Assembly: GCF_006345805.1 (NCBI RefSeq)
Contig: NC_043012.1
Location: forward strand, 12,896,001-12,960,000
DNA length: 64,000 nt
Reading direction: 5' to 3'
Source of the DNA: Octopus sinensis
Lineage: Eukaryota
In this document: positions 52,228 through 64,000 of the stretch, one piece after another
How positions within the stretch are numbered: the stretch's first letter is position 1
How the letters are laid out: each line of letters opens with the position of its first letter
Notes under the pieces: generated by a model
The model's input: only the letters and a program-made list of their open reading frames with translations
Databases searched by the model: none
What the model was told of the DNA's origin: nothing
Translations under genes and position numbers: made by a program

Positions 52228-55200
52228 TATATCTAGAAATATATACATTCTGAATGTGCCTTCCCAACTCTTTTGAAAAAGGTCACAAAATTTACTGCCT
52301 CTCTTCTATAAAATGCCTATACTGAAAGTATCGCTAATGTAATAAACCTTTTAAATTAAAAAAAAAGTTTTCACGTTATATGTTTATGTTAATATGTTAC
52401 GAAAAGTATACATTACGTCATTAATTCTTCGTATTCTCTCTTTAGGTAATATTGTACGAAATAAACTGCTATAATAGTTAAGTGGTGTAGAGTTGAGAGG
52501 TTTTCTACGTTCAGTGCTATAGTCTACTCTTTGAAATATTTCTGACATAAATTCGATTTCACGGTTGTATTTTTCCAGGCCGACGAATATTCAAATTCAA
52601 TCTTTGAGTCCATGTATGTAGAAATATACATACTGAGAGACTCCTACAGCGGTTTTCTTGATGTTTGAGTTGTTTACGCACAGGTCGACTGTAATTACAC
52701 CTACATATCATCAAAAGTATTTGCGTCTTGTTTTACCGTTGATAGACGTGCTATTCCAGACATCATTAATGAATGCGTACCTCTGAATTTAAACCATTTA
52801 AGCTAGATTTAATGCATCGCTGGCTGCTTTTAGTAGGAAGTTGAAATAAATACAGACATGCAGCTGCTGAAATTGTATTCAATTGCATATTATTTGATAA
52901 TATTACACATCTGATACTATCCATTTAGGAAATCCTAACGTTGGTTCTCAATTTATTGAATGCTAAGTAGATAGAACTCAGAATATAAAGAATCATAGTT
53001 TAGTAGCATAAATGCATTTTATTCACTACATTACTGATACTGTTATTAAGTGGCAACCTGATAAAGATAATGATGCGTAATATCAATTGACATATACAAA
53101 TTTTCGCATACATTTTTCATTTCACATGTAGAAAGAGCGAAGTTCTAACGCATTAGAGATTTCAGTGAGGATTTATAAACGGAATAATGACGACGAAGAA
53201 AAGAATTATCTTGTGCAATACCACATTGCCACAAATTTACCACGGCATACAACCTCAAGTGAAGTAGTCAAGCTATCGATTCTACTATTCAAATGTTAAA
53301 TTCTTTTTCTATAGTAAATTCTTTTCTTTTGTTAACTATCGATTCAACGAGCTGAAAGTTAGGCTCTTGTTCTTTTTTGAATTCTGCAACCAATTTCAGA
53401 AATGTCTATATTCGTCAACTGACAACAGAAATCGATAGTTTGTGCTTAGTATAAAAAAATGACCCTGTATCAAAAGGTCAACCCACAACCGAATACAAAT
53501 ATCTAAATAAACAACATAAAACAGAAACAAGACTTTTAAAGTCACCATGAGTCTTCTTTTTCCCCGTAACTCTAGCCATATATAAACATTTTCTAACATG
53601 AAGAATACCGCTCCATAATTTAACATATAGAAATAAGTCAATATTTTACAAAACCGAATACATGAAGACCCAAATGTTATTTTCGTCATTTCATATCAAT
53701 TTACAAATGCTATCTATATTACATACATGCACTTTTATCTGATAGCTGAATACCTTCTATTTCCGCAATTAGCTATTTAAGAGTCTCGGGAACACGCATT
53801 GAAAATCTTAACTATTTTAAATGCTTAATTTCTTTAATGCAAAAATTGGTGTTACATAATAGTAACACCAATCTCCTTGTCGCCATCTTCTAGTAAGTGT
53901 TCTAAATAAAGAACGCTTGGTATTTCTACTTCAATGTTTGTTTGTTTGTTTGATTTTTTTTTGTAAATTTTATATGTATCTAGTTTGTAAAGAAAAGTAA
54001 ACGAGATTCTCTGAAGAATAAACAATGTACTACCTTGGCAAGCCTATGAACTGTAAATGGACACTAATTTCAGAGGGGATCCAGTTTCTCCCTCCTTTGA
54101 ACCCATATCTACAAATCTAACCAAACCTACTTAAATCACCAAATTTCACATGCACAAGGTAAGATACATGTTATCACTACATATAAGACATCTGTATAAT
54201 TAATTCTAAGCTACAGAAATAGTTTAAAGTTGATTCAAATCTTAAATATGAACCTAAAAAATAATTAACATATAACGAGAAATGAAGAAGAATACAAAGC
54301 TACAATGCACCCAGATATTCACTGTACCAACAGGAGTTATGGACGCCTATTTAAAACAAGCAAATATACTTGGAGTGACCATAGATAACACATTGCACCA
54401 AAACGCAGGAACAATAACAAATGTATGCACTCACTACATTAGAATTATTAAGTATTTCACTAATACCGTTTATAGGCTAGTATAGACATGATACAGGCGT
54501 TTGGCCGGCTCTCTGCGTAATATCTCAATCGGAAATAATTTAGCTTTACACAAAACAATAAATTATAAAATGCAGCTCCCTCTAACATAGTGTATTTCCG
54601 TTCTCGAAAATCTTGTGGTGATATTTGTCACAAAGCCAGAGGTTAAATTTACGCAAAATAGCAATTCTTAAAAAAATTTTTAATACATATATTGAGTTGT
54701 TTTTTCTCTCTCACGAAATCAGAATTTAAATATAAATTTCTGAGACAGAATGTTAAAATGAACAGGAAATCTTTATTTCTTCTAATTCACTTAATGCCAT
54801 TTCTAGTTGCTGGAACACTGAAACTAAATATATACATCTTTTGATCAATTCTAGCCGAGACAACAGAAAATTCATGTCTTCATTTTAATTAACTTAGTAA
54901 TCACTTCTCTGTTTTTAAAAGACATGATTGAGGAAGTGAATCAAAAGAAAACAGTTTATTTTTAGATTTCTTTGCTTCATTCGTTTGTGTGAAATCGGTC
55001 AGATATGAATATTGGCGATGTAGTTTCAAGATTTTGTGTTGGGAACTATTTTCTTGCTAACTTAGTATCATTAGATATAATTTTAGCTTCGAGTTACACA
55101 TCTTAATCTAGATAGTGATGTTTTTATATGAGGTTGTTTAAAGTTTTTAAATAAATCTTTTAAACGACTAATCAAGCGTTTCCGATGCAAATTTTAGCAT

Positions 55201-55859
55201 ATTGTCGAGAGTTATTTTCAACTAGAAATTTGAAATATAAAATAATGAAAATATTTCCTAAATTGGAAGAAGGTATCAAGTGGAGAACTTTCAATAAAAT
55301 TCCACATTAATAGATACGGTGTATAAGATTCAAGAAGATTAATCACCAATGCATTAATATGAGAATTTAACTCAAGCCAACTGACTCATGTTTCCGGTGC
55401 TTACTCAAGTATCTGAAGCGTCTGGACAACTTAGATTTGGAAAGCAACCGAAGAAGGCAAATATCCACCAGCTGGTGATGCGACATATTTTTTACTATGT
55501 GACACAGGGCAATGTGTACTGGAGTGCTTTATTCAAGAACAGAGCACAACACTTGGTTCTAGAAATATAGCAGTGAAAGCCTAACTCATCAAATCACTTT
55601 TTCTCATATTAGAACAGCATTTGGTTCTTTTAAAGATCAAGCAGGATTTTTATTAGTTACAGACATAAAAAGCCACGTTGAATAATATACATGCGTGTAC
55701 AATTAGAATCATGCAAATATAAAAACAAAATGGTGTTAATGATATGTACGATGATTGGGTATCTGCAGCCGATGATGGATGACAATGTAAAAACAGAGGC
55801 TCATGCAAAACTTTTACAAAAATTTTACAGAAATATTTGCTTATTTTATGGACACTAAT

Positions 55860-57069
55860 CTCATATTTGGGAGCTGGTGTTATCGAATTCATCGACACCC
55901 GTACTTGATATTTGCTATATTTATTCCAAAAGGATAAAAGGCAGAGTGATGTTAGTGCAGTATGAATTCAGGGCGTAAAGAGTCCGATGAAATACCGCAG
56001 GCCATTTTCACCAGCGCTCCAGCGATATTATTCATAACCTAATGATGAATTTTTCATAAAAGTTATCTGCAGAAATTTTTTCTCTCGTGACAATTTTTTA
56101 AGTCTTTGTCATTTCGTGCCCGAATGCATATGATCATGTTAATTATGACTGCATTCACCTATATTTCATTCGACGCAGCTTAGTGTGTCTCAAAGGAATT
56201 AATCTCCAATTAATAAATCTTTGCGCACACCAACAAATGAACCATTCACTATTCAATTAAAAGAACAGTTCTTAGTTGCAATGTCTGACGGTTCGGTATC
56301 TACAGCTGACGGAGTATAACGTCGCAGGAACCCATGGGCTCTATTAAGTTGATATCATTCATAGCCCAATTGTATGATCTTCACAGATGTTGTCGGATAG
56401 AAGATGTTTACTCTAGAGGCAATATGTGCGGCTAATGTCTTTATAGGAAAATGTTACATATTATTGTATGTAGATATATTCTACTCTTTTAAAGCTAAAA
56501 CATCTAGCAGAAAACATATAAGAAATGTATTGTACAACGGAAACAATAAACCAGGTAATCGAGCGTTTTATAGAATGTAAATAGCAGTCTCATATACATT
56601 AATTGCCATAGTATATCTCTCGGTTTTAAAGGACATCTTTGATTTTGGGATCTTGCCTAGAACTGCTTGAACAATAGGTTGATGTTCACTCGAATGTTTT
56701 AATGTTTTGCGCCATACATCTGTTTGATCACTAGAGCTAAAGAACAACAGCAATACTCCCTTATTTCCTTCTCTTCTGGAATAATCTTCGCTTTGATATT
56801 GTAACTTTGCACAGTCATACTGAAGTTTATTTAATTCATGAGCATAATAATTGCTTTTGCTTGATTTTATAATTTCAGAAATAATAAATGTCGTTAGGTG
56901 GAATCGCTGGAGCGACGGTGAAAAAGTCCTGCGGTATTTCATCGGGCTCTTTACGTCCTGAATTAATACTGCACTAACATCACTCAGCCTTTTATCCTAT
57001 TCGAATAAATATAGCAAATATCAAGTACGGGTGTCGATGAATTCGATAACACCAGCTCCCAAATATGAG
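55860..57069. repeat. 167-bp inverted repeat pair (55860-56026 / 56903-57069) derived from a diverged family B SINE
   Basis: Ungapped alignment with 10 mismatches; the outer 67 bp are identical; 876-bp spacer. Confidence 0.93.
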
Positions 57070-57084
57070 CATGATATCATAAAT

Positions 57085-57290
57085 TTGTTATATGTTCAAA
57101 AGGGTCACAAACAGCTGTGCTACCAGCCGAAAACCTTTTCCGAAGAAATAAGCAAGCTTGTGGAACGCTGGAAGAAGTGCATCGTAAAACAAGAAGGCAA
57201 AGACAAAAAATGATGCAATTGTATTATCACTTCTTATGTTTTAATAAATTACCGAAACAACGGTACGCAAAATTTTTGATTCACCCGTGT
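57085..57290 (+). mobile_element. Mariner 3' fragment with TIR remnant
   Basis: QPKTFSEEISKLVERWKKCIVKQ, then caaaatttttgattcacccgtg|TA. Confidence 0.8.
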
Positions 57291-58692
57291 ATAACATTAA
57301 GATTATTTTCTCAGCAACAAATTACCACCAGAATTCATTTTCCACATAACAATGATAAAAAAGCGGCCATGCTCCCCATGTGACCTGAGTATAATTAACA
57401 TTGCGTAAGAGCTAAAGGAAACCTGCTGCAGGATATTTAGAAATTTGATGGATATGACTGCGTGCCAAAGATGTTTGCCATTTGATTTCTTATTTAAATT
57501 CATAATGAGTTCCCTAAGCATTATAAGCTTTGTTTCTCGAATATTTTATAAATAGAATTCGGTGGATAGGAACTACAAAAAATATGTTGCATTTGCGGAT
57601 ATAGGGACAGACACACGTGAATATACATGTGTGTGTCCTGTTTTGTGCTTGTTAAAATAAAAATGGTTTATGTGTTACAGTATTTTTTTCATATCCAGGA
57701 TTCGGCAAAATATTTACCAAGCTGAAATAAGTATTGTCTTCAATATAATCTATTCAAATTTGTCTATGTGTCACCAGATCATGTACCCAATCCCTTGAAG
57801 CTTGTAAACAAATTATATTAAATATACCACAAGGTCACACTGTACATTGTTCAATGTATCAAATATTATTATTATAGCGTAAAATTTCATGCACAAATTA
57901 GGAATTCAAGTCAGATATTAAAACGAATATTGATAGAAAAAAATATTAATCCGCGACAGAAGCAGTATTAATACCAGGAGATACTATTCATCTCCACTGA
58001 AAAATGGATGTTGCGTTTGATCACAGAATACAGCGATGGTTAACATCAGAGAATATCTCAAATAGGTGTTTAGTGCATATAACCATTCTTGTTTACATTG
58101 CTAGCGGGAGATGAATCGTTAAATATCGCCACTGTCGGGACAATCAAGTCACGTGATTTCAGATGTACTTTGCCCTATTAATGGCAGACGTTCGAACGCT
58201 GGATATAGCAACGATGTCCCCGCCACCAAGATATAAACAATTAGGCACTAGTTTCGTGAGTAGCCAGTGGACTTACTAAAAATAATTATTAGCTAAATAA
58301 ACAGCATTAATATCAAGAAGAATATTTATCCTCATTAAGTCGGTGAGCTGGCCGAATCGTTAGCACGCCGAGAAAAATGCTAAGCGACATTTCGTCCCTC
58401 TTTCTGTTCTGGGTTCACATTTTGTCCTTTATACTTTCGGGGTCGATAAAATAAGTATCAGCCAAGCACTGGGGTCTGTCATACGAAATTGCTGATCTTG
58501 AACTAAAATTTGAAAGCAACATTTATCTCCATTGAAAAGTGAATGCTGTGTTAGAACACAGAATACTGCTATAGATACCTCGAATGGGCTTTTGGTGCAT
58601 ATAAAAGCATTAATACTCTGAATAATTACGATCCGGAACACTATTTTTTTGTAAATTCTCTCTGTATGTATGTATGTATGTATGTATGTATG

Positions 58693-58723
<31 letters not shown>

Positions 58724-58729
58724 AACGGG

Positions 58730-58890
58730 AAGCTTTATGAAAATAGACAAAAGACGAAGGCAGGTGGAAAACAAACGAACAATTGTATTAGTATGGCGCT
58801 CAGGAAATATAAATAAAACAAGTCTTTAACGTTTCGAGCCTACGCTCTTCAACAGAAAGATACACAGAGAGAAAAAAAACACAGAAAGAA
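58730..58890 (-). mobile_element. Short repeat (probable Penelope-like terminal piece) carrying a minimal hammerhead; related decayed copy at ~33870-33930
   Basis: Flanked by (AT)n on both sides. Shares gtattag/gtaatag...cgctc.ggaa...cttc(a/g)acagaa.g with 33887-33928. Confidence 0.6.
58823..58860 (-). ncRNA. Minimal type I hammerhead with non-canonical core (CUGUUGA)
   Basis: Minus strand: TCTTT, CTGTTGA, A, GAGC-GTAG-GCTC, GAAA, CGT, T, AAAGA. Stem I 5 bp, stem II 4 bp, stem III ACGT palindrome. Confidence 0.65.
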
Positions 58891-58938
<48 letters not shown>

Positions 58939-59059
58939 CTGTAGCCTCTAAAAAGCACACCATTCTCAACCACTGGGGGCGCTCCGATAGTATCACTCCA
59001 TAACCATCGTATTTACTTGTTTACTCCATTTATTTCTTGTAGCGTGGCTACCGCCAACG

Positions 59060-59470
59060 TTGTCCATGTTGCTTGGCATTTTCACTCACAAACGAGGTGT
59101 GCCTGTAGGTTACTACCAACTGGTATTTTTTTCAAGACAGCATATCTTTCAAGGTAGTCCACCAAGGCGACAGGTACTTCGGTACCCTGGGTTTCAACTT
59201 AGAGCGTTCCTTCTCCTAGGCTGCTTGCCATCCAAAGCTAGCAAATACACCTTAACCGGAGCCCTGGTTATTTGAAGGCGCCAGATAGTCGTCTTTTCCC
59301 ACACTTCTCATGGTTTGGCGAAGGAGTCGGGTTTCTCTGTCAGAGAACAGTTCATGCACTGACATACATTTGTCTAGAGCAAGCCTCTGTTGTAAGCAAT
59401 AAAAGCTCTGTTGACTCGTGTGTTCCAACTCAAGACCAGATATTTCTAACATCTTCGACGCTTGATCTCA
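59060..59470 (-). mobile_element. Probable decayed LINE 5' region (RTE-like)
   Basis: ccttctcctaggctgcttgccatccaaagct motif resembles the antisense of RTE-type 5' UTRs; pattern recall only. Confidence 0.35.
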
Positions 59471-59640
59471 TTCTGCCTCTCGACACCATTCTTGAGGCAG
59501 TACTAATGGAATGGTTTCTCAGTGGCGTTTTACAACTTTGTATATATATATATATATTTATACATGCAGATAAACCTATATGTTGAATGTGTGCGTGCGT
59601 CTGTATACATATTACATATCTATTCATAGTAGATCCAAAG

Positions 59641-60063
59641 GAGCAGGAGTGGCTGTATAGTAAGAAGCTTGTTTCTCAACCACACGCTTCCAGATGCAGT
59701 CCCGCTGCATGGCACCTTGGGCAGTTATTTCTACCGTAGTGTCGGGCCCACCAAAGACTTGTAAGTGGATTTGGTGGATAGAAACAGAAAGAAGATCGTC
59801 GTACATATGTATGTGTGTGCATGTGTGCGCGCGCGTGTGTGTGTATGAGTGTGTGTATGAATGTGTGCGAGTGTGTGTGTCTGTATGTATTTGTGTGTCT
59901 GCATTTGTTCTCCCACCATCACTTGACAACCGATGCTTGTGTCTACGTCTCCCGTAACTTAGCGATTTGGCAAGAAAGTCCAATAGAATAAGTACTAGGC
60001 TTACAAAGTTTGTCTGACTAAAGATAGCGGACCAGCATGGCAACCGTCAAATGACTGAAAGAA
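59641..60063 (+). mobile_element. Older SINE family A copy
   Basis: ggagtggctgtatagtaagaagcttg head, ggcaccttgggcag core, internal TG tract, caaatgactgaaa tail. Confidence 0.88.
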
Positions 60064-60149
60064 ATGATTCAAAAAATATTTTTAAATGAGTGTGTGTGCG
60101 CGCGCATATGTATGCATACATATACATATATACACGTATATACATACAC

Positions 60150-60232
<83 letters not shown>

Positions 60233-60619
60233 CACTCTTAAGCAGAAAGCGAAGTAATTTGTTTACTTTTTCATCAAAATATACGACTGGCTTTAATCAT
60301 TTCAGACACGATTTAGTCATGCTAAAATAAAAGGAAATGTAAATTGAAATGAATTAAGTTTAATCTGCCACGATACTTGCTCTGGAAGCGCATAATTTTT
60401 TGTTACAGAAATCAGTTGCTGCTGGTATTTCTCTGCCTTTTAGATCATTAATGCTTCAAAGTATACAAACAGCTACACTATTTCTATCAGTGGAAACTTT
60501 TCTTTTTATTTATGCAGAAGTGACTGTAATGTGTCGCAGCCGCAATGCTGTAGTAACCGTAGTTGACACGGTCTAACAAGCGGCAGCAGTAATGTTGGCA
60601 CCTTCATAAACATTTGCAG

Positions 60620-62110
60620 TAAGATTGAATGTAGCTGACTCCCGCTCTCTTTAAGAGTCGTGGTCGCTATTTCGTACTAAGGATTGTTTCTTCTTGCATG
60701 CGTTGTATTGTGTATTCGAAAATCTAATTAAGTAGATTTGTAAAATTTGTTTCTCTCTTACGTATATACCTCTGTATTCACTGACTCTCCTTTGTTGTCT
60801 TTCCGTATGAAAATTTGTGTTCTACACCGTTTCATGCGTTCTCTTATGGTTCGACTTATGCAGTTCTCTCAACATCATAAGCATCTAAAATCATAGATTA
60901 GATTCCCAGATGTTCAGTTGACGTTGATTTTTATTGACAAGAGTTGCTTTTTCCCAAAGGGGTTCTCCTATCTTTCGTCAGCATAAAACATACACCACAG
61001 AAGATCTTCTACAACTTTTGTCAGCTGGTTTCCTTGTTATAGTTTAAAGCTTGGTCTTTATTAGTATTTTCCATTCATATGGCTTTTCCCTTTGCCGTTG
61101 ATTCAGCGGTTTTAGAGGCTTTGGCTTTGTCTAGGTTCCTTATACAGTGTAAGGACGTTCTGGAATATATTGTTATACGATTGATTGTTTTGGGTATTGT
61201 AGCAGTCTGATATATTTTTCTTTCGTTTGCCTTAGTTTCTGACACTACATTCCTTGGCACGATGTATTAATTCATGATAACGAGTGTAACCTTCTGTTCT
61301 TCAAGTCTTATGTCACATATATTAGCATAAGATACTATAGTACCGATCATTCTGACTAGGATATGATGAGCATTTATCCTGATGTATTCGATGGTACAAA
61401 AGTAATCCCATATATTGTTTGAAGTCCGTAGGCTTATTGTCCTATTACATTTCTCTTTGTCTTCTTTTTCTTTGTTAGTCCTACTATATGTAAATTTGTG
61501 TTGTTATTCTTCATAAGTATTTGTAAAAGAGAGAGTTGGTTATGCCGATATTCAATGGTAAAATGTAGGTTTTTTACTTATTTTAATAAGAAGATTTCAG
61601 AATTTTTAAGATTAATCTTTTCATCTCACAGAACGAAGTAATTGTAGACGTATCTTTTCCAGTTTTTCATATTTTGAAGAAAGACTTTCCATATCTTCGT
61701 AGTGATGTTTGGTACATCATAATTCCTTGATTATCCCATGAGCTGATTTCTTAGGACAGGCCTGTTTTCTTCCTTTTCGCAGCCCCAATTTGTCCTGCAA
61801 AAATTGTCACTGAACACCAAAAAGTTACTTTCTCCAAGACATTTTGGTATTTCTATTATAAATCATTCATTTATGATATCCGGAATTTCACTTGAATACT
61901 TAAAGGCCTCGATTCTAACCAGGAGGGATATTGCAAAAGTAATAACCTACATTGAACAACAATCATATTTTTTCCATCACTGTTTTCCGATGTCATTCAG
62001 AAACAGTTGTATTAAGATAGCTAAGACCTTAGTCAGGTGGCGAGTTCCAGACGATGGACCAGCTATGCTTAGTCTTAATTTAAAAGCATTTGTTAATAGC
62101 AGGTTGATGC
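60620..62110 (-). mobile_element. Penelope-like retroelement RT (and probable GIY-YIG) pseudogene
   Basis: Minus strand KLRLSIAGPSSGTRHLTKVLAILIQLFL, NMKNWKRYVYNYFVL* and FTIEYRHNQLSLLQILMK resemble PLE RT motifs (KLRPIIAGP..., WKRYLDDCFV, FTIE...LPFLD); heavily decayed. Confidence 0.7.
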
Positions 62111-62311
62111 GTATGTCTATGGTTATAAAAGATCCAACATCAACACTGCTACCAATCTCACCATTCAAAGTACGATCAATATTACAGGTACATAATGCTG
62201 GCAACAAATCACATGCAGATTTTTATGGCAGGCAAAAACACCAGTTCCGAAATAATATTATACATATAACGTGCCAAAATACATATACTTAAGACTGACA
62301 TAGAAATAATA

Positions 62312-62361
<50 letters not shown>

Positions 62362-62374
62362 CATATATATATAA

Positions 62375-62960
62375 TACAAAAGGGAAAAGAACGCAAAACA
62401 TCCAGATAGACGATACAAAGAAAACAAGGACGGGTCGTTCGACGTTTTCTTTCCTCAGTCAAGCACCAGATCATCCTCGCAATTTTGACTGATCATTCTT
62501 AAGATTGCGCCAATCTGACCAGCCCCATCGGAAAATATAAGCTAAGCGCATTAGAGTCCTTGGAAGAAAGCAGCGAACGCATACAAAAATAAGTACGGAA
62601 AAGCAGACAGTTTTTCACAAATTTAAATACTATAAAAATAATAACTGGACATAACAACAGGTGCCTTTCGACTAAGGACGAATTGGATTAAGCTGGGGCG
62701 TGTGGAAATGAAGCCTTACGGCAGAGATACAAGAGTTTCAGAAACACAGGGAAGAATATCGATGTTGCACGGACAACGGTCAGACCAAGAAATAAAGAAC
62801 AGGCTTGGCCGAACGGCGGTCACGTGGGAAGCTAAGAGAGAGGAGTAGATGCAGAGAAAAACTTACAGGGACACAGTGAAGTGAAAAGTGGAGGGGAAGT
62901 GAGTAAGAAGAGAAGGCAAAGAAATGTGAGAGAGGGGGAACGAAAGAACGAAGAGTGGAA
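62375..62960 (-). mobile_element. Unclassified interspersed repeat (possibly a PLE terminal region)
   Basis: Complex sequence between (AT)n and a purine-rich tract; family recalled by pattern only. Confidence 0.35.
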
Positions 62961-64000
62961 TGAACAAATAGGCGTGAAGGGGCTAATAGACAGAAACAGG
63001 GTAGAGTATACACATGTGTATGTATGTATATGTGTGCGTATGATTGTGCGTATTTGTGTGTCTATCTGTGTGTGTTTGTGTGTGTGAGAGAGCTATGAAT
63101 ATAAGTCAGAGTGGAACGTTACTAGCGAAAATATCGTCAGATATAGGATATATGGGAAATATATGATATATAAGATAAATTGTCATATATATCTATTTAC
63201 ATACACACAAACAATTTATACAGTGTGAGTATATACATCGAACGAATATTTTTTAATTCCTCATTTTAAAGTAACATTTCGGCCAACATTGTACACAGAC
63301 AAAAATATCATAGAACATAGGAAATTATTCATTCATAGTTTCGCCTTTAAATTTATTTATGCTTCTAAAATATTCAGATTTTATGCTCTATAAATCATAT
63401 GAATTTTAATAACATTTGCATACGTTTTAAATTAAAGATACACAGAAGAGTAAACAATTCAAAACTTTAAATATTATATAAATTATTTTCTCTCTTCCGA
63501 ATTCTAACTTTTTGAAGTTATTTTTTAAATGAAAGAATTTAATGATGGCAGTTTTCCAATATATACTATCGATGTATTTTGCTGGGAATATAATTGTCTC
63601 CAGATAATGCTACAAATATTAGTAGAACAATTTAAATAAACATGATATGACATGAAAATATACATATTTAAATGAAAAGCAATTAATGGACTACGTATTT
63701 CTATCCTCTAAAGAATTTGAAACGGCATACTAAATTACCGGTGATTAGATATTTAAATGAGGAATTTTATAATATATTCACACATCAATAACCGTCTCTT
63801 CTATGGTTGTGGACCAACGTGATGCCAGAAATCAAAGTGTTGCTTGATACGTCTGCACAATACAACAATATTAGTCGGAACGTACGAATCTCTGTCGAGA
63901 TATGCATTGGGAAATCAATTGTGAAGTTCAAGAAGTAGAGCAATCGCACCGTAACTTAAGGATTCTTCTCCCCAGATTAATAAAAGACTTGTAGAAATTT

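Noticed and set aside
61804-62292. 162-aa plus-strand ORF as a host gene
   Set aside because: It is antisense to the Penelope-like RT remnant and has no recognisable domain.
62420-62465. Minus-strand CTGAGGA...GAACGACCCGTC hammerhead
   Set aside because: One A of GAAA is missing, stem II is not convincing and stem I does not pair.

Overview
AT-rich, microsatellite-dense eukaryotic non-coding DNA. The SINE, LINE and microsatellite content resembles coleoid cephalopod (Octopus-like) genomic DNA; this is inferred from pattern recognition, not a database search. No complete host gene can be supported. The window is a transposon graveyard: a near-intact DD34D mariner (50933-52227), a Tc1 with a nested SINE, maT and other mariner relics, several R4/Dong-type LINE pieces lodged in (TAA)n arrays, a Penelope-like RT relic, a zinc-knuckle LINE ORF1 and three tRNA-derived SINE families. 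The main signal not explained by the ORF track is a set of type I hammerhead ribozyme motifs from several unrelated repeat families, most with palindromic stem III: one fully canonical motif (49240-49290), two back-to-back copies forming a 425-bp palindrome (17598-18022), a 38-nt minimal variant with U at core position 6 (58823-58860), and several decayed or variant copies. Other notable structures are a 167-bp SINE-derived inverted repeat pair around an 876-bp spacer, a fold-back at a LINE 5' junction, a repeatedly restarted LINE-tail array, and a 1.4-kb tandem duplication carrying a candidate 153-nt exon. All folds were done by eye and no activity is demonstrated.
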